Below are positions 29,399 to 39,953 of a DNA stretch of 64,000 bases, piece after piece. Within the stretch, counting starts at the first letter, position 1, and every line of letters starts with the position of its first letter. The notes under the pieces are model-generated. The model had not been told where the DNA came from. It made no database searches and saw nothing but the letters and a program-made list of their open reading frames with translations. This stretch comes from Sulfolobales archaeon HS-7 (GTDB lineage Archaea; Thermoproteota; Thermoprotei_A; Sulfolobales; Sulfolobaceae), in contig AP024596.1 of NCBI GenBank assembly GCA_019704295.1, positions 1,312,001-1,376,000 on the forward strand, read 5' to 3'. Position numbers and translations under genes: made by a program.

Positions 29399-30598
29399 AT
29401 GGAGGATTTTGATATTCTTATTATAGGTAGCGGAGTGGCAGGGTATCACGCGCTAAAGGAACTTGGGAACGCAAAGGTCGCCATGGTGACCTCTGATAAA
29501 TATCTTCCTTACGATAGACCTCCGCTATCTAAGGAGTACATGAGAGGAGAGAAGAAGAGAGAGGAGCTCTTCTTTGAGGGAGAAGAGGCTTACAAGAACG
29601 TAAACGTTAAGTTGAACACAGAGGTCAAAATGTTAAGGCAGGGGGAGGCAGAACTCTCCACGGGAGAGGTGCTGGGATTTAAGAAGGCGATAATTGCAAC
29701 AGGCGGAACCCCAAGGAGGCTTTCATTGTCAGGTGGTGAACTGAGGGGGGTTCACTATCTGAGATCGCTTGAGGACGCGGACTCCATAAAGGAAGATGCG
29801 GGGAAAAGCAAGAACGTCGTAATAATAGGAGGAGGATTTATAGGAATGGAGGTAGCCGCAAGTTTAACCTCGCTAGGGTTGAGCACGACTGTGATTGAGG
29901 TCAAACCGTATATCTGGAATACCTTTGTCGACGAAAGAACCTCGAAGTTCATTCAATCCTATTTCGAGAAAAAAGGCGTTAAGTTCATCCTTAACGAGTC
30001 GGTTAAAGAGATTTCTGGAAAGGATAAGGTGGAGAGAGTAACTACGGAAGGGGGGAAGGGAATTGACGCTGACATGGTACTCATAGCCGTAGGAATAAGG
30101 CCCAACATCGAGCTGGCTCAGAGAAGCGGGATATCAACGGAAAACGGGATAATCGTGAACGAGTTCCTTGAGACGAGCATGAGAAACGTTTACGCTGCGG
30201 GTGATGTAGCCAACATACCCTACATGGGAAAGAGACTTAGAATTGAACACTGGAATAACGCGGAGTACACCGGACGTCTTGCGGGAAAGAACGCCTCTGG
30301 TAATACGGAAAAATACGATTTCCTCTCCTCGGTCTGGTCGGATATATTCGACATGCACATAGAGTCCGCTGGGGAAACTTACGGTTATGACCAGGAGATC
30401 GTAAGGGGGAAAATGGAAAACAACTCTTTTAACCTCATCTACGTAAAGGGAGGAGTTATCGTAGGATATCTCTCAGTGAACAGGGATTTTGAAGAGTTAA
30501 ATACCCTAAACGAATTGATAAAAAGGACGGTAGAGGTAAAAGGCAAGGAAGGGAAAATAGAAGACGAACAATTTAACCTATCAAGTTTGCTATCGTGA
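29399..30598 (+). CDS. NAD(P)H/FAD-dependent oxidoreductase (ferredoxin-reductase-like)
   Basis: [37 protein letters not shown]. Confidence 0.9.
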   Translation: MEDFDILIIGSGVAGYHALKELGNAKVAMVTSDKYLPYDRPPLSKEYMRGEKKREELFFEGEEAYKNVNVKLNTEVKMLRQGEAELSTGEVLGFKKAIIATGGTPRRLSLSGGELRGVHYLRSLEDADSIKEDAGKSKNVVIIGGGFIGMEVAASLTSLGLSTTVIEVKPYIWNTFVDERTSKFIQSYFEKKGVKFILNESVKEISGKDKVERVTTEGGKGIDADMVLIAVGIRPNIELAQRSGISTENGIIVNEFLETSMRNVYAAGDVANIPYMGKRLRIEHWNNAEYTGRLAGKNASGNTEKYDFLSSVWSDIFDMHIESAGETYGYDQEIVRGKMENNSFNLIYVKGGVIVGYLSVNRDFEELNTLNELIKRTVEVKGKEGKIEDEQFNLSSLLS

Positions 30599-30894
30599 TT
30601 ACAAAAAAGGTTAAGGTGAAGAGCCCCCTTCTTAACTCGTAGATGGAAAGCCCCCCTATATGCACCCCTTTGTCGTCTTTAGTGACGTTAATGACGCTTC
30701 TCCCCAGCTCAATTAAGGGCTTTATGGGGGCAACTATTATCTCTCTTGACGGACTAGACGTTATGGGTCAAAGTCATCCTCTTTCAAGTGGGACTGGGTC
30801 TGACTCCACTCAAATGTACACCAAATAAAGGTGTAACTCCGAAACGACTATGAAAACGATGAGCCTTAGGAACCCTCTTCCATAATGGAGGAAG

Positions 30895-31971
30895 TCAGCT
30901 CTCTAAATAACTCGCCATTGGATAAAGCAGGGGATCCATCTTTCCGTAGAGGCTCTGCCAGTAAAGTGACGTAAAAGCCTTTTTAATCGAGTGAAAAACG
31001 GGACTAGGTCCTAAGACCTTACTCTTAGCGTAATTCATCCATATCATTAATCCCGAGTTGCCCGCGTAAACTGCACACATAGCTTCGCCGGCATACCTTC
31101 TCTTTTCAACGTTACCGTTAACCTCCCCTAAAATATCTCTAGCAACGACCTCTGCCTGGAAGTGCGCTGCCGAACCCGTCTTAGGGATGGGCACGTCGTT
31201 AACGTCCCCAATCGCGTAAACTCCATCGTAAACCTTCAGGGTCTCCTTATCTACGTGAATCAGGTTATCCCCGAATGGACTGGTTATTGGAGTGTCGAGA
31301 ATGAGCTGATCGAAAGGTAACTTCTCACCCTCCTCGGAGATAACGCCATTACCCTCTATTTCGCTAACAACAAATCCCTTCTTGACGTTAATTCCCAATT
31401 CCTTTGCGAGCCTGGAAAAGGCATTTGACATGGGCTGTTGAAGGGGCGGAGGGTTCTTAGCTGGAACTATAACGGTTACATTAAAGTCCCTGTGTGCTCC
31501 TTTTATTAGGAAGGCCATCTCCCAAGGGGCTGCGGGACACTTAATTACACCAGGGAGCGAACCAATTACGAAGTTCTTCCCCTTAGGGTTATTCACCATT
31601 TCCCTTATCTGCCTTGCCTGAGAGAGCTCGTGATATCCCTTAATACCTCTAAATTCCCTGTTTACACCTCCCGTCGCTAGAACAAGGTAATCTCCCTCGT
31701 ATTTGACTCCCCTCTCGTCTATTACAGTTCTGTCTTCCACAAGTACCTTATGTGCAGTGGTTTTTACTGTTTTTACTCCCCGGTTAAATAGCTCTTCCGT
31801 CTTCCTTATCATGTGTTCCTCGCTTTCCCTTCCCACTACGTAATCCACTATACCAGGTTGGTAAACGTGGTAATCCCTAGGTTCTATCACGGTTACGTCT
31901 AAGTAAGGCGAGAGGAGATTACTTAATACCGTACCTGCATTTCCTCCTCCTACTATTATTACCTTCTCCAT
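30895..31971 (-). CDS. Sulfide:quinone oxidoreductase-like flavoprotein (likely start MEKVIIVGGG)
   Basis: GGGNAG, HVYQPG, IKCPAAPWE, AIGD, PKTGSAAH and a second Cys in AMC. Confidence 0.75.
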   Translation of the reverse strand: MEKVIIVGGGNAGTVLSNLLSPYLDVTVIEPRDYHVYQPGIVDYVVGRESEEHMIRKTEELFNRGVKTVKTTAHKVLVEDRTVIDERGVKYEGDYLVLATGGVNREFRGIKGYHELSQARQIREMVNNPKGKNFVIGSLPGVIKCPAAPWEMAFLIKGAHRDFNVTVIVPAKNPPPLQQPMSNAFSRLAKELGINVKKGFVVSEIEGNGVISEEGEKLPFDQLILDTPITSPFGDNLIHVDKETLKVYDGVYAIGDVNDVPIPKTGSAAHFQAEVVARDILGEVNGNVEKRRYAGEAMCAVYAGNSGLMIWMNYAKSKVLGPSPVFHSIKKAFTSLYWQSLYGKMDPLLYPMASYLES

Positions 31972-32021
31972 ACACGAAAACAGTTCCAAAAGAATTTAAA
32001 CTTTGTTTAGAAAAAACTAAA

Positions 32022-32681
32022 TCAACTATCCCTATTCCTCATGGCTCCGAGATAGCCGAAGACGAGCAAGAATACTGCGATAACATCAATTCCTGGAATT
32101 ATGAATAGTATACCCCCTACTTTGATAATAGTGTTGTTGTATGCGCTCCCGGATTTAAAGAAGCCAATACCTAGGAGAATTGACGCTAAAAGACCTATAA
32201 CTATAAAGAGGATGGACAGAACGCCCAACACCGTTAAATTCCCGGATGCTAACGAGAGAAATCCCGTTACACCCTCCTGCGAGTATTGCGGATTGATCAC
32301 CCCTATTACCTGAACTATCAGGTAGATTAGGGATCCTACTACACCTAAGGTTGAACCAGGGAAATTAGTCGTCAATTTTATCGAAAGGAATAGAAGAAAT
32401 GCTATAACTCCGACAATTGAAGTTAATGCAGATGAAATGAAAAGGTAAGGGAGTTCCTGCTTAGAGATATAACTCTCAAGACCCTTTTCGTATTCGAGTA
32501 TAGCTGTTATGTTACTCGTCGTTAAGGGATGGGATTTAGCATAGGTTGCCGCTACAGAAGCGGTAACAGAACTCGTAGCTAATCCTATAGCTATTCCCCC
32601 TAATATTCCTATTAAAAAAACAACGCTAATTATTAGGTATTTTTTTGCGGGATTTGACATCATAAAAGTGAGTCTTCCCAT
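32022..32681 (-). CDS. Multi-pass membrane protein (DUF973-like)
   Basis: C-terminal GIGFFK.G..YNNT.IKVGGIL.IIP pattern. Confidence 0.65.
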   Translation of the reverse strand: MGRLTFMMSNPAKKYLIISVVFLIGILGGIAIGLATSSVTASVAATYAKSHPLTTSNITAILEYEKGLESYISKQELPYLFISSALTSIVGVIAFLLFLSIKLTTNFPGSTLGVVGSLIYLIVQVIGVINPQYSQEGVTGFLSLASGNLTVLGVLSILFIVIGLLASILLGIGFFKSGSAYNNTIIKVGGILFIIPGIDVIAVFLLVFGYLGAMRNRDS

Positions 32682-32759
32682 GCCATAATAAATAGCTTTT
32701 GTAGTACGGTACGCTGAACTAACTTCCCCTTTTTTTAAACTCGAGGGGAGTGTTCTTTC

Positions 32760-35168
32760 ATGAGATCAGTAGCAATTTTATTGGGGTTATTGTTAACGGC
32801 TCTTTCCATTATACCCGTAATTTCCTTCTCCGAGCCAGCAATTTTATCCTACGGATGGGGAACTCCTCAACAACCTGAGGTAGTTTACCCAGGATATAAG
32901 GACCAAGTGTTCTACCTTGAGGTAATTCCTAATGGATATCAAGTTCTCAATGCTACTATGCTCTCTCAGAACACTCCCATTTACACGTCAATTCCCCAAC
33001 AGAAGTATTTCCCCTATGCGGTAGGATATGTAGTCCAGGAGGGGGACCCAACCTTAATAGAGTTCGTTTTGTCTGTGAGGAATGACGCTAAACCCGGGAA
33101 TTACCAGGTTGCCGTAATTCTAAATTACTGCGATAACGGCTATCAGCATGAGACTTTTTACATTAATATCCCGGTGTACGCTCCGCCTTTCCCCGAGGTC
33201 TCTTCCGTTACCTGGGGGAACACTCAGTATGCGTTCTCTGAATCGGGGCCCAACGAAGTTTCCATATCGCTGTTAAATCCATCGTCTTCCGTAGTAATGA
33301 ATAACGTCTCCATTTCGATTAAGTTACCCGGGAGAGTCGAAAGCCTTTCGGGGGGAAACGAGGTTACCCTGAATTTCCCTCAGATACTCCCGGGAGGAGA
33401 GGTGACGGGCTCAACACTAGTAAACGTAAGTAACGTTATTCCAGGAAAGCACGTGATCTCCTTTACAGTGAATTACGTAAACGGTCAGGGTTACGCGTAT
33501 AACGCGACAGGGAATTTCACCACCTGCTTTTTGCCTGGAAATCCCATCAAAGTTTACGTTAAACCTGTGCTTACTTCGAGTACAACGGGTAATGTCCTCA
33601 TCACTCTAAATTCCAGCGAGGGGATATTGATAACCGGAATTACGGGATACCCATTCCCCGTTGAGACCACCAACTTAACTTCTGGGGTAGCTGTGAATGG
33701 CTTTCGTGAAGTGGGCGCCGTAATCTCCATTCCTCCAGGAACTCCGCCGGGCAACTACAGTGAAACATTTCAGGTTAGCTACGATTACGCTGGTAGATCC
33801 GTAACGCTACCCGTGACGGGGAGAGTAATAGTTTATCTTAACGGATCTCCTCAATTGATACCGGTAACAAGTGCTGTTGAGGGAAGGAATGTAGAACTTC
33901 TGATTTTCAATCCGCTTAATTTCGACTTGGAAAACGTAAGCGTAACGCTCTCATGCGGTACGCCGTCCTCTGGTTACGTGGAGCAGTTGCCATCGCAGGG
34001 ATTCTATCCGCTTGAGGTGACGCTGACGCGTACTGGGAACCTGACGATCAATTACACTATCAAATACGAGGTTAACGGAAGGCCCTTTATGACATCAGGT
34101 TCGGATAGAATCCAGGTATTTCCTAAACCCGATGTCTCAACGTACTATTCGCAAAGCGTAGAGAGGGGAGAGGAACAGAATATCTCCGTAATAGTGGAAA
34201 ATCACAACCGCATCCCAATACAACACGTAGAGGTGAGCGTATACGTTAACCTAACAATGATTTCACCTAGCGAGGTATTCATCACTTGTATCCCACCCAA
34301 CGGAATAGGGGTAGCGAACTTCACTGTCTTCGTCCCACCCACGCTAGCTACGGGAGTAACGCAATTTTCAGTTAGTGTGTCTTACTCATATGACGGCCTC
34401 AATTACAGTTTTACTAACTCAACCCCCTTGGTCATTTCCGATCCTCAAGGTTCCGTAGCGGTGTCAATAAAAAACAGTACAATATTTTCCGGAGGTATAT
34501 CGCACCTCCTATTCTGTATCTCAGGGGAAAACGAGTCACTCGTCTCAGTAAATTTACAAGCGGGAGAGGGACTAACACTGGAAAAATCGGATTTCTTCAT
34601 AGGAAATTTGAGCGGTAAAGTTCTCCTTAACGACCAGGCAATAACTCTGTTGAATCCTGGGGAATTAACCCAAATAACAGTCCTAGTTTCATACCTTCAT
34701 AACGGGAGATTATTTGAGGTGGAGAGCATTCGTCCACTTTTCGTAATAAGTCTGGTTAACTTCTCAATTACCTCCTTCAATTACACCCTCTCTGGAGGAG
34801 TTCTTTCGGTTAGCTTCTGTTTGATTAACCAAGGTGTAAACCCGGCTAATGGGGTAACTGTATACTTGAGTAATCAATCCGATTTCGTAGGAACTGTGAA
34901 TCCCGACACACCCATTCCCGTATCCTTTACGTTACCGTCAGGCGGGAGATCTCTTGATGTGAGGGTAACTTACCAAAACTCCTTCGGAATTATTCAAACC
35001 TACTCAAGGGAATTTAACGTAAGCTACGCCCCACAGTTTAGCAATACTACGACAACGGAGATACCCGCAAAAAGTCTCAACACCTCGTACTCCATCTACG
35101 TTGTGGTAGCGATTCTGGCTGTTGCCGTAATCGGTAGCTTAATGGTGGTCAAGAGGTCTAAGAAATGA
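32760..35168 (+). CDS. COG1361-type S-layer-domain surface protein
   Basis: Signal peptide, WG...YPG and PGNY Ig-like repeats, C-terminal TM plus KRSKK; upstream of a MacB-type permease. Confidence 0.8.
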   Translation: MRSVAILLGLLLTALSIIPVISFSEPAILSYGWGTPQQPEVVYPGYKDQVFYLEVIPNGYQVLNATMLSQNTPIYTSIPQQKYFPYAVGYVVQEGDPTLIEFVLSVRNDAKPGNYQVAVILNYCDNGYQHETFYINIPVYAPPFPEVSSVTWGNTQYAFSESGPNEVSISLLNPSSSVVMNNVSISIKLPGRVESLSGGNEVTLNFPQILPGGEVTGSTLVNVSNVIPGKHVISFTVNYVNGQGYAYNATGNFTTCFLPGNPIKVYVKPVLTSSTTGNVLITLNSSEGILITGITGYPFPVETTNLTSGVAVNGFREVGAVISIPPGTPPGNYSETFQVSYDYAGRSVTLPVTGRVIVYLNGSPQLIPVTSAVEGRNVELLIFNPLNFDLENVSVTLSCGTPSSGYVEQLPSQGFYPLEVTLTRTGNLTINYTIKYEVNGRPFMTSGSDRIQVFPKPDVSTYYSQSVERGEEQNISVIVENHNRIPIQHVEVSVYVNLTMISPSEVFITCIPPNGIGVANFTVFVPPTLATGVTQFSVSVSYSYDGLNYSFTNSTPLVISDPQGSVAVSIKNSTIFSGGISHLLFCISGENESLVSVNLQAGEGLTLEKSDFFIGNLSGKVLLNDQAITLLNPGELTQITVLVSYLHNGRLFEVESIRPLFVISLVNFSITSFNYTLSGGVLSVSFCLINQGVNPANGVTVYLSNQSDFVGTVNPDTPIPVSFTLPSGGRSLDVRVTYQNSFGIIQTYSREFNVSYAPQFSNTTTTEIPAKSLNTSYSIYVVVAILAVAVIGSLMVVKRSKK

Positions 35169-36340
35169 ACTTTTTGGATTCCCTATTACTTGCGGTCAAA
35201 TCGGTGTGGTCTTCAAAGACCAGGGCTATCTTGACTATTCTCGGAGTTATGATCGGACCTGCTGCCCTCGTGGGAATGACGTCACTCTTTTACAGCTTCG
35301 CTAACACCGTTTCTCAGGATTTACTCGCCTCTTTCCCCCAGAACGTGATTACCGTTGACTCACCTATTCAGGCTTACCAACTGAACGACATCTCCCACAA
35401 CCCCCACGTTAGCGAGGTCTTACCGTATTATCAACTGGAGGGGTACGTGAGGAACTCATCGGGGGATCTAGTTCAGGTTCAGGTACTCGCAGTTAACTTA
35501 AACGAGATGGAGCATGTTCTACCATCTGTGGAGATTAACAGTTCACCTAGTGCCTTCCCGGTGATAGGAGGATATTTCACAACGCACAGCTCTATATTGA
35601 ACTTCGGCCAGCAAAGTTACCTTTACCTGACCAAAGGGCAGGATATCTACGTAATCTTGTCAAATTTTCAAGAGAACTTCACGTCGAGATTAGTTGTAAC
35701 AGGTTGCGTGGAAAAGGAGGTGTTAGTGAATTTACCAGGAGTTAATACGGGTCTTATTGTTCCCTTGTCTGTGGGAGAAAGACTCTCTCCCGGTGAATAC
35801 AGCGGGGCTTTAGTGGTAGTAAGTAACTCTACTTTCGTTAAAGAAGTGGCAAATACCATCAAGAGTTATCACCTATCAATATTGCTCCCGCAACAGAATC
35901 CCTTTGCTGACTTGAGTTCCTTTAGCACAACATACGGGCTACTCTTCTCAGGTGCCGCGTTCATAGTGGCATTTTTCTCAATACTTTCAACGATGTATAC
36001 GTCAGTGGTGGAAAGAACTCACGACATAGGAATTCTCATGTCCCTGGGGTTTAAGCGGAGGGATATCATGATGTCCTTTGCTGCGGAAGGAGTTGTTCTC
36101 GGAGTGATAGGGGCGGTAGTGGGAGTTGTACTCGGAATAGGCGGAGTATTAGCCTACTTCACTTACGCTTCTTCGAGTTTTCAGTTGGTTTACGGAACGG
36201 GAATTCACGGAAGCATTGATATTAGCGCGGTATACCTGGCTTTGATCTCAACTGTTATCATAGCGTTAGTTGCGTCTATAGCACCTGCTTACAAAGCATC
36301 AAGGTTAGAACCTGCAAGAGCAGTAAGGTCTATTTACTAG
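35165..36340 (+). CDS. MacB/FtsX-family ABC permease
   Basis: RAILTILGVMIG, SVVERTHDIGILMSLG, PAYKASRLEP. Confidence 0.9.
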   Translation: MNFLDSLLLAVKSVWSSKTRAILTILGVMIGPAALVGMTSLFYSFANTVSQDLLASFPQNVITVDSPIQAYQLNDISHNPHVSEVLPYYQLEGYVRNSSGDLVQVQVLAVNLNEMEHVLPSVEINSSPSAFPVIGGYFTTHSSILNFGQQSYLYLTKGQDIYVILSNFQENFTSRLVVTGCVEKEVLVNLPGVNTGLIVPLSVGERLSPGEYSGALVVVSNSTFVKEVANTIKSYHLSILLPQQNPFADLSSFSTTYGLLFSGAAFIVAFFSILSTMYTSVVERTHDIGILMSLGFKRRDIMMSFAAEGVVLGVIGAVVGVVLGIGGVLAYFTYASSSFQLVYGTGIHGSIDISAVYLALISTVIIALVASIAPAYKASRLEPARAVRSIY

Positions 36341-36357
36341 AGGGGGGATCTTATACT

Positions 36358-36939
36358 ATGGAGGGACTAAGGGAAGCGGAGGAGTTAGCGAGAAAGGCTC
36401 TATCCCTCGAGCTGAGGAGGAAGTTGTCGTATTACTACGGGGCATTAACCGTAATAGCGTTCATGTCCTCTCCTATTCGAGAAGTTCTGGGATCTCTGAT
36501 CACGTCCGTGATCATAGCGTTGGCCCTTCTTGTAATATTCAAGCAGGTATACCAAGGTTATAACATAATGAGGTTCCTAACGAAGGTTAACCCTAAGGCG
36601 ATGACGACGGGATACGTGTTTATGATAGTATCCATGGCCACGGTCGTATTTCTATCTAAGGTTTTGGTCGCGGGTGTGCCCTTGTTCTCCTTACCTATTC
36701 AGATATACGCAGGGAATATTGGTGAGACCCTTATCGCTAATGTGCTTTACTTCTACCTGGTGATTTTCGTGACTTATCAGATTATCATAGTTTCCCGAAC
36801 CTTTAGGCTGAGGTGGTTTGATCTGACCCCTCTGCTGATCGCCTTAGTCCCCTTTGCCGGTCTGATCTTCTCCGTAATTTCCGGAGTAGTACTAGCGACA
36901 TCTACGGTGTTATCATGGACGAGAGGAAGTCCGAAATAA
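36358..36939 (+). CDS. Hypothetical membrane protein
   Basis: About 5-6 hydrophobic segments; operon context. Confidence 0.7.
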   Translation: MEGLREAEELARKALSLELRRKLSYYYGALTVIAFMSSPIREVLGSLITSVIIALALLVIFKQVYQGYNIMRFLTKVNPKAMTTGYVFMIVSMATVVFLSKVLVAGVPLFSLPIQIYAGNIGETLIANVLYFYLVIFVTYQIIIVSRTFRLRWFDLTPLLIALVPFAGLIFSVISGVVLATSTVLSWTRGSPK

Positions 36940-37226
36940 TCGAGTTGCTGAAAAGTAAGGCTCTTAACAACTCCGTCAGGGTAGCTATAATTACGATACT
37001 GTACTACAGCGGTAGCTTGAGCTTCTCCAGATTGTTAGAGCTCCTACAGATTCCAAAAAGTTCTTTGGAGTTCCACATTAAGTTACTCGAGGAAGAACAA
37101 TTAATAAACGTTAAGGACGTGATCAGACCGAGTAGACCCGGGGTTTCCATTTCACTAACTGAAAAGGGGAGGGAGACCTTCAAGAAGTTAAGCGAGTTCA
37201 TGGGTGGGGGGAATGGAAGGGAGTGA
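36915..37226 (+). CDS. Winged-helix transcriptional regulator (ArsR/MarR-like)
   Basis: RVAI..LY...LSFSRL...KSSLEFHIKLL...SLTEKG. Confidence 0.85.
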   Translation: MDERKSEIIELLKSKALNNSVRVAIITILYYSGSLSFSRLLELLQIPKSSLEFHIKLLEEEQLINVKDVIRPSRPGVSISLTEKGRETFKKLSEFMGGGNGRE

Positions 37227-38103
37227 AGTAAGGAGGATGGGTTTCCTGCTTTTAATGTTCGGATTCATTGTTCTCGCAATTTCATACTCAATGGTCGGAG
37301 TTTTCACTATTGGAATAGCGCTATCGGGATTTATGGCGAATGTTAGTCACATTCAACGGGGGAAGCTCTACGATTTCGTATTGAAGCCCGCTACACAGTT
37401 AATAATTTCAGGAAATGCGAGTTATCAAGTGACGGGCAAGTGCTTTGTAAACGAAACCACGTTCTCCCCGACTAGGACAGATTCGATTATGGCCTTTTCC
37501 CAAGCTAACGTATCCGTTTTCACCTTTTCGAATTCCACTGTAGTTGAAACCGGAATTCCCTTTGGCAGTGTTTTTATTTACGCAGAGAAAGTCCTAAACC
37601 TCGAGTACGGGAACCTCGCGTTAATGCTAGTCGGTGGTCTACTAATCCTCTTCTCGAAATCTTCTAAAGATTTACTTCAGGTTATCGCAATACTTGGGAT
37701 CGTAATATCGGTACTGGGAATAATTTCCTCGGCGTACACTTACGTCATAGCTAACCAAACGAACCTGTCTGTACCGGCCGGGGGGAACACAACGATAGAC
37801 TTCCACCCAGGACAGATTCTGACTATAACGGGAAACGTTAAGGTAACCTACAACAGGCAACCCGTCAGTGTAACTATAGTGAGGATGGAGGAAAACGTCT
37901 CCTCTTTTGAGTTCAATTCCAGAGGTATCATGACTATCCGAAACCCTGAAAACGAGCCGGTAAGCGTACAACTCTCTGTATTTAACCTGAATGACGGTGT
38001 TAGAATTATCTTAACCGTGCTAGCAATAGCTGGGATTAATACAATTTTAGGAATTGCATTCATAATAATGTCTGTACTAGTCATAAGGGAAAAGTCGGTT
38101 TAA
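37204..38103 (+). CDS. Hypothetical membrane protein with two extracytoplasmic domains
   Basis: TM-loop-TM-TM-loop-TM layout. Confidence 0.65.
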   Translation: MGGMEGSEVRRMGFLLLMFGFIVLAISYSMVGVFTIGIALSGFMANVSHIQRGKLYDFVLKPATQLIISGNASYQVTGKCFVNETTFSPTRTDSIMAFSQANVSVFTFSNSTVVETGIPFGSVFIYAEKVLNLEYGNLALMLVGGLLILFSKSSKDLLQVIAILGIVISVLGIISSAYTYVIANQTNLSVPAGGNTTIDFHPGQILTITGNVKVTYNRQPVSVTIVRMEENVSSFEFNSRGIMTIRNPENEPVSVQLSVFNLNDGVRIILTVLAIAGINTILGIAFIIMSVLVIREKSV

Positions 38104-39434
38104 TCAACGCAGCACGACATTCTCGTAACGTCGCGAAAGAAGGCAGATGCCGCCAACTTTATCGACTCAGCCATGGTGGGAAACACGTGAACGGTATCCA
38201 CTACATCATCCACTTTCATCTTGAAATGAATTGCCAAGGCCGCCTCGTTTATTACCTCCGCGGCGTTTTCCCCCATCATGTGAACCCCAAGTATTCTTCT
38301 ACTCCCTTTTTCCGCTACCATTTTTATTAACCCCTTAGTATCTCCTAAAATGTTTGCCTTAGCCACATCCCTCATGAAAACTGTTCTGCTCTCCCCGTTC
38401 CGAACCTCAGCCTCCCTAAGTCCGACTGAGGCCAGGTTCGGTTGAGTGAAAATAGCTCTCGGGACGCTCAGCAAATCGATCCTCCTATGTGCGTTCGAGA
38501 TCGCGTTATCAACGGCCACAACTCCCTCCTTTCCCGCCAACGCTTCAAGCATATTACCACCGATTACGTCTCCCGCTGCATACACGTTAGGATTAGTTGT
38601 CCTAAGTTCGTCATCAACCTTTATACCTCCCCTTTCATTGAGCTCTATGTTCGCCTGTTCCAATGCTAGATCAACGTTAGGTCTCCTTCCCGTAGCTATC
38701 AGGATTTCATCTCCCTCGATTTCACCCCTATCAGTTACGACCTTTTTTCCCTTGTTAACTTCCTTTACCTTCGCATTAGTTACTACGAAGATTCCCTCAC
38801 TTTCCAGCATTTCCCTAGCCGCAATGGATATTTCCGGTTCCCAATCTGGTATTAACGTGGGACTTCTTTGAATTACAGCAACGTCCTTGCCCAATCTCCT
38901 ATACATTTGCGCGAATTCCAGAGCCACGGCTCTTCCCCCGATGATGATCAGCGAGTCTATGTCCTTATCCGGACTAAGTGCCTCCACATTAGTCCAATAG
39001 CCTACCTCCCTTAAGCCAGGTATGTCGGGGATAGCAGGGGAGGAACCAGTCGCTATTACGAATTTCTCTCCCTCCATCACGTCCCCGTTTACCTTAATTG
39101 ACGTTGGAGAGGTAAACCTGGCCTTTCCCTTTATCAACTCTACGTCATATGCCCCTAACACCTTCTCGTATTTCTCCGCCCGAAGAGCGCTTACCAGTTT
39201 GTCCTTGTCGTCAAAAAGAGTCCTGTAATTCTCCGGAAGTTTCCCCTTGTAACTGTAAATCTCCCCTAACCTGAGCAACCTCTTTGAGGGAACGCAACCC
39301 ACGTTAACGCAAGTTCCTCCTATCTCCCCTTCACCGACAAGGGTTGGCTTAATGCCGAGTTCATTGGCCCTTATTACCGCCGCGAATCCCGCCGCTCCGT
39401 AACCTAGAATTATTAGCTTTCTTTTCAACAACAT
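38100..39434 (-). CDS. merA: Mercuric reductase
   Basis: GGTCVNVGCVPSK redox centre, VHVFPT and C-terminal MSCCVD. Confidence 0.95.
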   Translation of the reverse strand: MLLKRKLIILGYGAAGFAAVIRANELGIKPTLVGEGEIGGTCVNVGCVPSKRLLRLGEIYSYKGKLPENYRTLFDDKDKLVSALRAEKYEKVLGAYDVELIKGKARFTSPTSIKVNGDVMEGEKFVIATGSSPAIPDIPGLREVGYWTNVEALSPDKDIDSLIIIGGRAVALEFAQMYRRLGKDVAVIQRSPTLIPDWEPEISIAAREMLESEGIFVVTNAKVKEVNKGKKVVTDRGEIEGDEILIATGRRPNVDLALEQANIELNERGGIKVDDELRTTNPNVYAAGDVIGGNMLEALAGKEGVVAVDNAISNAHRRIDLLSVPRAIFTQPNLASVGLREAEVRNGESRTVFMRDVAKANILGDTKGLIKMVAEKGSRRILGVHMMGENAAEVINEAALAIHFKMKVDDVVDTVHVFPTMAESIKLAASAFFRDVTRMSCCVD

Positions 39435-39595
39435 CCTCCTATAGGAGAGTCAAACTCGTCTGCACAATGGGAACAACAGAAGTAGTGCTTTTCACCGTTT
39501 ATTTCCCTTGTGTAGGCCTTTTCTTGCGTTAGTTCGACGCCGCAGTTTTCACATCTTAAGTCGCGTTTTTCAAAACCCGTTATTCTAAGTCTCAT
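39425..39595 (-). CDS. merH: TRASH/YHS-domain mercury chaperone (likely start MRLRIT at 39595)
   Basis: CENCG...HYFCCSHC, C-terminal CC, overlaps merA; TATA about 25 bp upstream of 39595. Confidence 0.85.
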   Translation of the reverse strand: MRLRITGFEKRDLRCENCGVELTQEKAYTREINGEKHYFCCSHCADEFDSPIGGCC

Positions 39596-39632
39596 ACTAT
39601 CTAATACCCTCCGTACTTTATAAGTTTGATAT

Positions 39633-39648
39633 ATGAACAAATGTTCAT
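39633..39648. promoter_or_regulatory. mer operator-like palindrome ATGAAC-AAAT-GTTCAT
   Basis: Inverted repeat immediately upstream of the merH TATA. Matches the recalled core of the S. solfataricus merO (ATGAACATATGTTCAT) at all but one position. Confidence 0.7.
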
Positions 39649-39953
39649 CTATATAAGTTATACCTAACTAGAAATTAGTTTTTCCTTACTGAAACGATTG
39701 AAGAAGCCTAAGTCGCCCCGAAGCAAGGATGATTTTCTCATTAAAGTAGAGCGCTTGCTATCTAGGAAGAATGACATGAGGTTTAGAGTTAAGGACAATA
39801 AGTTATCCCATTAGTCCCCCTGCCCTGTATTGACGCAGTAAATCCGAACTCGAACTACTTAAGAATGTAGTTTTTGCGTTACATGACGTTAAACTGTCAC
39901 CATGAGAAATGATAATACGTAACGATGAAGGTGGGATAATGAGGAAGGGACAA

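Noticed and set aside
30610-30885. Minus-strand fragment IIVAPIKPLIELGRSVINVTKDDKGVHIGGLSIYEL, vaguely like a CoxM FAD-binding segment; also + ORF 30643-30828
   Set aside because: Too short and broken to assign. It may be a pseudogene remnant but is unsupported.
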